From an uncultured Lewinella sp. (lineage in GTDB: Bacteria; Bacteroidota; Bacteroidia; Chitinophagales; Saprospiraceae): DNA of 64,000 bases. Location of the stretch: positions 19,723-83,722 of the forward strand of contig CAZLEF010000020.1 in the NCBI GenBank assembly GCA_964558465.1. Reading direction: 5' to 3'. Position 1 is the stretch's first letter; every line of letters starts with the position of its first letter. A model generated the notes under the pieces. The model was not told where the DNA came from. It saw nothing but the letters and a program-made list of their open reading frames with translations, and did not search any database. A program made the position numbers and the translations under genes. Below, piece by piece: positions 17,885 through 25,106 of the stretch.

Positions 17885-19269
17885 GCCTTCTTTATTTCTC
17901 TGTGAGCCATAAACAGAATTATCCCCCAAAATAAATGATGAGTTGATGATGAAATCTGTTGTAAGGTCATGCCATTTCCAGCAAATATACTTAAAAAGTC
18001 ATAAACGCCAAACTTTGCATTTGAAATATTTATTATTACAAAAGTCAAAGTCAATATCGCAAGCAATCTTTGCTTTTTTAATATTACAATCAAAATTATT
18101 GAAATGCCTAAAAATATAAATTGAGAAAAATTCCATAACATTTCGTTGATTATCCTTTGCTTGTCAATATCAATATTATCGTATCCAAATTTCCATATAA
18201 ATTCCGAAAACAACGATAAGATAATTTGAAGCATACAAAGTAATTTCCCAAAAAAATTTCCGTATAGGCTAAACAAAACAGAAAAACATAACATTTCAAT
18301 TAACATCGGTAAAGTAATGACTAATGGGTCATAAAACAAAGTAATTATACTGTTATTTTCATTTATATTATCAGCCCAGTATCCGTAATAGACAAAACCA
18401 AGAAACACTAAAATACAACTTATACACCCTATCAATAATAAATTACTTTTACCTTCTAAACTAGTAAAATTAAGTCTTTCCATTGCTCTTGAAAATACAC
18501 CATGCTTTTCAGTAAGATTGTTTTTATGAAAATTTTGGTTAGTGAAGCCTAAAAAAATAAGGAGTTGCTCTTTATCTTCAGCAATTTGAATCCTTTTTAA
18601 TAAATAAGGAATACTTTCAAAACTAAATTCATTACCCTTCAAAATAAATATTTTTCTTTCACCTTTACTGTTAATGTAAGTTTCATTATAAAAAGTCTCA
18701 TATTCTGATTTTACCCATTCTGACTCCATTGAGTTTTTTGATACAATCAACAGGAAATGTGTACTATTCTTTAACGCATTGCTTATATTAGTAAAATAGG
18801 AGTTACCAATATTACTTTTTAAAGACTCATGTGAATAAAAAACCTTGTAACCATGTTGCGTCAGGTGTTTCCATATTTCATCAGCAAAGTGCGTATCAAA
18901 CGACGAATAGCATAAGAAAATATCATATACTTTTTCACCCACTTCTGCAATTAACGTTGTTTTGTTTATTTTTTCGCTTACTGTTTTCTCAATTAAATTG
19001 TTATCCGGTATCGCTTCTATCAGTTGAAGCAATGAATGCCTTATCCTATTTTTTTCAATTGATATACCTCCTTCGCTTATTATTCCAGCATTAATTTGTT
19101 TCTTTAAATCTTTGTGCCTTCCTGAAATTAAAATTAAATTATTATATATATCATTTAAGTCAATGGTGATGCTTTCATCATTATATAGTTTTAATGAAGT
19201 AATCATTTTCTCTATTAACAAATCTATGCTATCTTCTTGGATTAGTATCTTTAAATTTTTCTTATCCAT
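17812..19269 (-). CDS. TIR-domain protein with N-terminal helical adaptor-like module and C-terminal multi-TM region
   Basis: 485 aa. The TIR core is YDIFLCYSSFDTHFADEIWKHLTQHGYKVFYSHESL...LLIVSKNSMESEWVKSEYE. Residues ~275-460 form about 5-6 hydrophobic helices. Confidence 0.8.
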   Translation of the reverse strand: MDKKNLKILIQEDSIDLLIEKMITSLKLYNDESITIDLNDIYNNLILISGRHKDLKKQINAGIISEGGISIEKNRIRHSLLQLIEAIPDNNLIEKTVSEKINKTTLIAEVGEKVYDIFLCYSSFDTHFADEIWKHLTQHGYKVFYSHESLKSNIGNSYFTNISNALKNSTHFLLIVSKNSMESEWVKSEYETFYNETYINSKGERKIFILKGNEFSFESIPYLLKRIQIAEDKEQLLIFLGFTNQNFHKNNLTEKHGVFSRAMERLNFTSLEGKSNLLLIGCISCILVFLGFVYYGYWADNINENNSIITLFYDPLVITLPMLIEMLCFSVLFSLYGNFFGKLLCMLQIILSLFSEFIWKFGYDNIDIDKQRIINEMLWNFSQFIFLGISIILIVILKKQRLLAILTLTFVIINISNAKFGVYDFLSIFAGNGMTLQQISSSTHHLFWGIILFMAHREIKKAANTTLTPTAAKAKPQSQRRRRYA

Positions 19270-19288
19270 ATTTTGTTCTTTTGGTTGC

Positions 19289-19379
19289 AGCCAACGGCTG
19301 CACTCCTGTCAGCCCGCCGCCTGCGTTGGCTTTGTGCGGCTGATTTTGGCGGTGGGTTGGCAGGAGTGCTTTGTTAGCG
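19289..19379 (-). other. attC-like site (91 nt)
   Basis: Gene orientation reads CGCTAAC-AAAG-CACTCCTGCCAACCCACCGCC-(26 nt)-GGCGGCGGGCTGACAGGAGTG-CAGCC-GTTGGCT. R'' is the exact complement of GTTAGCG at 20581-20587. Confidence 0.7.
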
Positions 19380-19390
19380 GATTGTTCAAT

Positions 19391-20548
19391 TCATTCATAC
19401 ACTTGGATGTTTCGGAATTCAACATTATCGCTTCCCGTCCCAGTATGACGCCGATTGATTGTCATTTGCAATTTTGAAATGACCTTTACAGGGATACCGA
19501 CTTGCCCGAATTCAATATTAATATCAACAGGGTATCCTGCAACAATAGTTTTTTTTGTGCCGTAGTAAGCACCTCCACCAGTTTTCCCCCCTATTTCGAT
19601 ACTGATAGGATTAAATTCTTTACCAGAATCCCCGTCAAGAACTCTTGTTTTATCCTTTCCAAAAACACTTAATTCTACATCCATATCCTCGCTTTGAACT
19701 TGACAATTACATCGAATAATTTGCTAAAATTGACTACATTTTTTAAGTTTAAAAGTTAATTCTCCAACTTTTGCTGTCTCTCTTGGGGTTAATTTAGGTG
19801 CTTCTGATCTGGCTTTGCTTACAGTTTCTTTTTGACCTATTCCATTGCCTATAAGGATGTTCCTAAATTCTACCTTATTACTTCCAGTTCCTGTATGGGC
19901 TTGATTAATCGTCATTTCCAGTTTTGAAATATTTTCAACTGGAAAAGTCACGTCTCCAAATTCAATTAATATATCTACTGGGTATCCTTCGACAATAGTT
20001 TTTTTCGTTCCATAGTATGCACCACCTCCGGTTTTTCCACCAATTTTGATACTGATAGGATTGAATTCTTTACCAGAATTTCCATCTATTATTCTCGTTT
20101 TATCCTTCCCGAAAATGCTTAAATCCACATCCCTATCTTCACTCTTTACTTTACAGTGGCAAGAAATGAATTGCTCGGTTTGATTACAACCTACAAGGTT
20201 AAAGGTTAAATTACCGCTTTTTGCCGTACTGGAATTAATTTGTTGAGGTGTTTCGGGTTGAGGTTTAACTATCTCCGGTTCTGGGTAGATTTTTTCTTCA
20301 CTTGAAACTGGCAAGTCTTTTCTTGGTTTTGAATTGGCTTTGGGTTCAGTCGAATTGCCTTCTTCTAATGACGATTGTGTTTGCGAGCCAGTATCTAAAG
20401 AGACACCTCGTGTTTCTTTTTCAGTCATTTGCTGTTTCTCTTGGGCTTCTTGGTATTTTTGATATTTTAAAACTAGAATCCCACCAACAACTGTGATGAA
20501 AAGCCCAATAATTATCTCTTTCAAATAATTTTTCCGTTCAGTTGACAT
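19391..20548 (-). pseudogene. Membrane-anchored protein with two ~95-aa tandem domains, interrupted by one in-frame TAG
   Basis: ORFs 19724..20548 and 19391..19684 are in the same frame. The junction reads ...ELTFKLKKCSQF*QIIRCNCQVQSEDMDVELSVFGKDKTR, which parallels LTFNLVGCNQTEQFISCHCKVKSEDRDVDLSIFGKDKTR in repeat 1. Confidence 0.6.
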
Positions 20549-20580
20549 TTTGTTTTATTTTGTTTGTCAATTTTATTTAC

Positions 20581-20646
20581 CGCTAACGGTGGCACACACG
20601 ATGGAGCGAGCGAATGCGAGCTATGGAAGTGTGTGTTTTGTTCGCT
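20581..20646 (-). other. attC-like site (66 nt)
   Basis: Gene orientation reads AGCGAAC-AAAA-CACACAC-(29 nt)-GTGTGTG-CCACC-GTTAGCG. R'' is the exact complement of GTTCGCT at 21436-21442. Confidence 0.7.
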
Positions 20647-20666
20647 TCCGGTTTCTTTTTTATTCT

Positions 20667-21413
20667 TTACATCCCTCCACATAACGTCATTCTTGTCATA
20701 ATGTGGATACAATAAAAATAGTTTGCTACTTTATATAATGCATCTGAAACATCTTCTAAGACTTTTTCATCTTCTTGAAAAGCGTCCGTTATTTTATCAT
20801 TTTCATCAACCTTCACAAATACTTTTTGCCCAAATTTCCTTTTTTTATCCCCGCTTTGGATTTTCTCCATAAATTTTGTCAATGTATCAGCATCAAATCT
20901 TTTCATAGTGAATTTATGCTTGTCCAAGGAAGTGTCTTTTGTCACAGGATATCTAAAAAAAGAACTATCCCTATCATACTTACAAATGATTGGAAATAGA
21001 TTTGAGATTTTTTTTACCTCTCGCCAATCTCCTTTCGGGGCAATTTTTTCTAATTTTTTTTTATTTTGTTTCAATAACTGGTTAAGCCAATAATCGTAAA
21101 GTTCATCAATCCAATGACAAGTATATAATGGTCTCCAAGCTCCGCCTGTAAAAATTTTGGGGTTATCACTTTCAAATGAATCTTGATCATAGTTAATTTC
21201 TAACTTTTTATGAAAAATCACTATTAGTGACTTCAGATATAATTCAATAGAATGCCTAAATAGAAAATTTTCGGGCATCTCCCTTTGTTGAATGACATCA
21301 TAATGTTCATGATGATTATTTCTTAAATGTTCAGCACTTTTAAAATAGGAATCACCCGTAATCCCAAATCCGAAATCGGGATGTAGTTCAATCCCGGACA
21401 TTGTGTACATCAT
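20667..21413 (-). CDS. Hypothetical alpha-helical protein (weak HEPN-like impression only)
   Basis: 248 aa with an N-terminal helix NFLFRHSIELYLKSLIVIF and a later SSFFRYPVTK. I could not find a canonical Rx4-6H motif. Confidence 0.4.
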   Translation of the reverse strand: MMYTMSGIELHPDFGFGITGDSYFKSAEHLRNNHHEHYDVIQQREMPENFLFRHSIELYLKSLIVIFHKKLEINYDQDSFESDNPKIFTGGAWRPLYTCHWIDELYDYWLNQLLKQNKKKLEKIAPKGDWREVKKISNLFPIICKYDRDSSFFRYPVTKDTSLDKHKFTMKRFDADTLTKFMEKIQSGDKKRKFGQKVFVKVDENDKITDAFQEDEKVLEDVSDALYKVANYFYCIHIMTRMTLCGGM

Positions 21414-21435
21414 ATTATTTCTTTTTTCTAATGGA

Positions 21436-21500
21436 AGCGAACGGGGGCATGGACGACATGGCGACGTTTAGGAGCCATGTGTGACCATGCAATGTTGTCA
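21436..21500 (-). other. attC-like site (65 nt)
   Basis: Gene orientation reads TGACAAC-ATTG-CATGG-TCACA-CATGGC-(11 nt)-GCCATG-TCGT-CCATG-CCCCC-GTTCGCT. The TGA of R'' is the ATPase stop codon. Confidence 0.7.
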
Positions 21501-22673
21501 GATTTTTCCTTGCATGTTTAATAGGACATACGGTTTCATCATTGGATTATAAAATCTGTATCTAATGTTCTTACCATTTCCTAGTTTTTCAAGGAGTAAT
21601 CCCCTTTCTTCATGGCATAATTTACCTAAATTATGGGTAATATTTTCACGAATTGAGTTTTTTCCAGTAATCCGATTAAATTCTTTTAGTATCTCACTTG
21701 TCGTAAAAGAATCAAACTCATCTGTTTTACACATTGCACATGCCTGTACAACAGGTTTCCATTGAGAATTAATAGAAGATGATTGAATTGCTTTTCTATA
21801 GGATTCTCGTAGTTGTTCGCTGGCATTCTCTATTGCTTGTCTAATGGCAGAATCTAATTCAGAATTACCAACTTTGGTATAATTACGGTCAAGTGCCCTT
21901 TGAATTGAGTATTTACATAACAAATGTGTATAATGAGGAAATCCAGAAGAAAATTTTACTATTTTACCAGTTATTGATTTTATTATTTCCATCTCTAAAT
22001 CAGCAAACCCTTTCTCGACAATCTCTGTAAGTTCAACATCTGACATTCTTGGCATCTTTATTTGCATTAAGCATCTTTCTAATGATTGATGATTTCCAAT
22101 CAAATTGCTTACATTTTCAGCGATACCAACAATCATTATTTTTATATTCCTAGAATTGTCCGACAAAGATTTTATCAAATCAGCGAACTGAACCCTAGTA
22201 GGTTGATTTTTTATATTATCAAATTCGTCAAAAATGAATAAAAATTTGTTTGAAGGGAATTGTCGCAAACAATTATATATATCGTAAGGCATTAGATTTT
22301 CAATGCCTGCTATATATTGGTTTAGCGAAATTAATTTTTGTCTGGTTTGTGGATTAAATCCAATTCCCTGGGTAGTTGTCGTGAATTGAACTTCACTTAA
22401 TGCCCGTTCCCATAAGTTCTTAAAATTATCAGAACTTCCACAGGTTACTTTTACGCTATAAAGATTTGTAATCTTTTTTTGAGTTATATTTGCCATTGAT
22501 GTTTTTCCTACTCCCCTTTCGCCAAATAAAATAGCATGTTGCCCCTCTTCATTCATAACTTGAACAATCCTTTTTAACTGCTCAATTCTACCCCGAAAGA
22601 AGTTTTCCTCCTTAATCGGAGACATTGGTGAGAATACTGTACTTAGTTTAAGTTTACGTTCTTCAATGTTCAT
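21498..22673 (-). CDS. AAA+ ATPase, ORC/Cdc6-like with C-terminal winged-helix-like region
   Basis: 391 aa with Walker A GERGVGKTS and Walker B LFIFDEFD, then a helical lid and a C-terminal RYRFYNPMMKPYV segment. Confidence 0.8.
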   Translation of the reverse strand: MNIEERKLKLSTVFSPMSPIKEENFFRGRIEQLKRIVQVMNEEGQHAILFGERGVGKTSMANITQKKITNLYSVKVTCGSSDNFKNLWERALSEVQFTTTTQGIGFNPQTRQKLISLNQYIAGIENLMPYDIYNCLRQFPSNKFLFIFDEFDNIKNQPTRVQFADLIKSLSDNSRNIKIMIVGIAENVSNLIGNHQSLERCLMQIKMPRMSDVELTEIVEKGFADLEMEIIKSITGKIVKFSSGFPHYTHLLCKYSIQRALDRNYTKVGNSELDSAIRQAIENASEQLRESYRKAIQSSSINSQWKPVVQACAMCKTDEFDSFTTSEILKEFNRITGKNSIRENITHNLGKLCHEERGLLLEKLGNGKNIRYRFYNPMMKPYVLLNMQGKI

Positions 22674-22700
22674 TTTTCATTAATTTAAATTTCTGACAAT

Positions 22701-23285
22701 TTATAGCCGTGCATACGCCGCCCCCACCAACACTCCGCCTTACCCGAAGCAGTTAAGCGGGTGGCGGATGAACGAAGTTGAACTATGCCGCTTTACCCGA
22801 AGCAATTATGGGCATCGCATCCACTCCCCTGGTCTAAGACCGTGAAAAACCCAACTGCAAAATACGTCCCTTGCAGCGGAAAAGCAAGGATGGAGGCTTG
22901 AACCATAGAAAAAAATGCCATTTATCAACGATTTATAGGTGAATTGGATGCGTTCGGCAAAAAACCTCCAGCCGGGTATGTTCCCCGGAAATAAAACTGG
23001 ACAATTATCAGGTTTGGAGCTGTCACTAATCACGAAAAGTGTACCAGCAATTTGCACGGAATGCGCATGCGGCGGGCCCGCTGTCTCCATAGGAGTCCTT
23101 TGGACCGGGAGCAAGGCCCTTCTGGCTGGAAATGGATTGACCAAACCGGGGAACCGCCAGGAGCATGGCCGTTCCGTCGATGACTTTTAGCCTGGAGACC
23201 TTGCCCGGATCTTTTTCCACCTTTTGGCGTCAACCAGCCCGCAAGCGGGCGGGTAAAAAGGTGGACCAAAACCGGCGGCTTACGC
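22701..23285 (-). other. GC-rich ORF-less element U, copy 1 (attI-like site or structured RNA candidate)
   Basis: It is homologous to 26590-~27100, near-identical over the first 76 nt and recognisable for about 400 nt. There is no conserved reading frame, and indels break every frame. In gene orientation it ends ...GCACGGCTATAA directly before (A)TTGTCA, the 5' edge of the ATPase cassette. Confidence 0.45.
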
Positions 23286-23405
23286 ATCTTCGGCTAAAAC
23301 AGGAGTTATTTCTTTCGAATCACACGCTAATTTATGTGATAACTTATCTGCAATAAATTTGCAATTTCCAGTTTTTGAGTAAAACAACAATAAGTAAGTT
23401 TTCAT
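23280..23405 (-). pseudogene. Flavodoxin-like N-terminal fragment (41 codons)
   Basis: MKTYLLLFYSKTGNCKFIADKLSHKLACDSKEITPVLAEDA* has the flavodoxin YSxTGNT-like start. The frame ends where element U copy 1 begins. Confidence 0.4.
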
Positions 23406-23465
23406 TTGTTTTAAATTTTTATTACGTTTCTAAATATTATAATTGTGTCGTCACGTTAGCTGTTG

Positions 23466-24395
23466 TTATTCTATTTCAAAATGTTTCATTACTCGTAAAA
23501 CTCTCAATGTATTCCATCTACTTGGTTTGCCTGCTTTCTCCATGTTGACGTGTACCTGACCGGGATGAGCAGCTTGCATATTCCAAGATCCTTCATTGTT
23601 TCGTTTTGACTTCAGTACATCAATCGTTGCTTTCATTCTGTCGTCCCATTCAATTCCGGCATATTGAAAAAAATCCATAGCTCGAAGAATATCATATTTC
23701 CATCTGCATGGATAAGTCAACTTCAAAAAGTCTTTATTAATAATTTGACCTGTTCGGTCAGACAAAAATAGTTGATGTAACAAAATAAATTCAATTGAAC
23801 TTTTTTGAGCGCTGAGAATTGCGTTCTTTCTATAGGTGTATCCGGCTTTTTGAAATTCTGTAAACCCTTCAAGTACGGATATTGTCGAGTGTAAGGAACT
23901 GTGTTTAGCTCCACTTCTTGTTGTCCTGCAGTTAAAACCTCCATCTGGCATTATCTCATTTAATAAACAGTCAATAATGGAATGCATCTTTTTTTCAGAT
24001 GTTTTGAAATACGAAGCGTAATTCAAAAACATTCCATTTACACAAACATCACTATGCTGTGATGTAGATGGCCCCAATTGAATTCCTCCATCATCTGCTT
24101 TGTTGTTTTGTAAAATCATCTCTATAGTTTCTTGTACAATCTCATTGCTTGAAGGGAGATTTAAATTGCGAAGGTCAAGTAAAGTGTAATGAGTGGAAAT
24201 CCATTTTGGTTGATAAAATCTATCGCCCCAATGACCGTCTGATTTTCGTTTGGATAAGTATTCATGACCCCAGCCTTCATTCGATATTCTGGCCTGAAGT
24301 TTCTTTTTTTCAACTCCCAACAAATCACGCCACACTTGGTATTGTATGGACACATCTCCTTCCAGCAGCCAATCGATGATTTGTTGATTGCTCAT
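23466..24395 (-). CDS. Prenyltransferase/terpene-cyclase-like alpha/alpha-toroid repeat protein (hypothetical)
   Basis: ORF 23466..24419 with likely start MSNQQIIDWLLEG. It has recurrent SDGHWGDR, PDGGFNCR and NEGSWNMQ motifs typical of such repeats. Confidence 0.45.
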   Translation of the reverse strand: MSNQQIIDWLLEGDVSIQYQVWRDLLGVEKKKLQARISNEGWGHEYLSKRKSDGHWGDRFYQPKWISTHYTLLDLRNLNLPSSNEIVQETIEMILQNNKADDGGIQLGPSTSQHSDVCVNGMFLNYASYFKTSEKKMHSIIDCLLNEIMPDGGFNCRTTRSGAKHSSLHSTISVLEGFTEFQKAGYTYRKNAILSAQKSSIEFILLHQLFLSDRTGQIINKDFLKLTYPCRWKYDILRAMDFFQYAGIEWDDRMKATIDVLKSKRNNEGSWNMQAAHPGQVHVNMEKAGKPSRWNTLRVLRVMKHFEIE

Positions 24396-24398
24396 TAC

Positions 24399-24912
24399 TG
24401 TAACTATCCAGTCCCCCAAAGCTATAAAAAATTAGCGGAATAAGGTTAACCTGGCAGGCATAAAATCCAGGGTCTTATGCCAGGAATTTCCAGCCCATAC
24501 GCAGGTATGAGAAAGACTCGCCTGATCCACAAGATCGAGGCGCTGGAAAGGTATTGCCGGAGTCTGGAAAAAGCCAATCAGGTAGGTATTTCGGGAGGTG
24601 AAGTTTTGTACATGGACAAGGAGAAAGCCAGGTTGATCGAGGAATTATTGAAGCGGGATCGGCTGGTAGCCTCCCTTTCCGAACTGGTTCGGCAGTTGCA
24701 AACGGAAAACGAAACCCTTGGGGAGCAACTGGAAGAACTGGTCAAAGCCAAACTGAAGGAATTATCCCCCCAATCCAGTATCCGAAATTGGAATAAATAA
24801 AAATACTCCAAAATTATCTGCAAAATATTATGGTTGATTTTTGAAGCCTCCGGAAATCATATCCGTGGGATAAGGCTGGCTTGTTTTGTTAACTTTTGGA
24901 CTGGGTAATTAC
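24399..24912 (+). mobile_element. MITE-like element, copy B (514 bp)
   Basis: It has the same termini as copy A (GTAACTATCCAGTCC ... GGACTGGGTAATTAC). It contains a 107-aa coiled-coil ORF (24477..24800) that is truncated in copy A. Confidence 0.65.
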
Positions 24913-24976
24913 TAAGGTACTTCTGTATGACATTGATTACTTTTTCTTTTATATTTTTTTATTATTTTTCAGTTTC

Positions 24977-25056
24977 AGCGAACTGTGGGCTTGCCGCCAT
25001 GTGTTGCTTTTGCAGGCTGGCTGTTTAGCGGCATGGACAGCCAGTCGGAGTTCTAC
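24977..25056 (-). other. attC-like site (80 nt, E-type)
   Basis: Gene orientation reads GTAGAAC-TCCG-ACTGGCTGTCCATGCCGC-(29 nt)-GGCGGCAAG-CCCACA-GTTCGCT. R'' is the exact complement of GTTCTAC at 26583-26589. Confidence 0.6.
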
Positions 25057-25106
25057 AGTTTTATTTGTTTTCAATGATTTATGCAAGTAGGGCGCCGGAA
25101 CAGGCA

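Noticed and set aside
20667-22673. ATPase plus downstream helical protein as a two-gene operon or defence pair
   Set aside because: A complete attC-like site (21436-21500) with matched R'/R'' boxes separates them. They appear to be independently acquired cassettes, so adjacency alone is not evidence of a functional pair.
23180-23206. B12-box-like sequence AGCCTGGAGACCTTGCC (plus strand) in element U copy 1, suggesting a cobalamin riboswitch
   Set aside because: It is not conserved in copy 2. Other cobalamin riboswitch hallmarks (GCCACTG, the GGTGAAA-type core) are absent. No plus-strand gene lies downstream.
22701-23285. Element U as an ORF-less group II (class C, attC-targeting) intron
   Set aside because: In neither orientation do I see a GUGYG 5' end, a domain V hairpin with an AGC triad and GNRA loop, or a terminal AY. 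The boundary coincides with the G|TT crossover point, not with a position downstream of a hairpin on the opposite strand. A covariance-model search is still advisable.
24477-24800. Plus-strand 107-aa coiled-coil ORF (and its truncated twin 15696..15917) as a functional gene
   Set aside because: It lies inside a terminal-inverted-repeat element, and copy A has lost the C-terminal half. There is no enzymatic motif. It is most simply a remnant of a transposase N-terminus or a fortuitous ORF.
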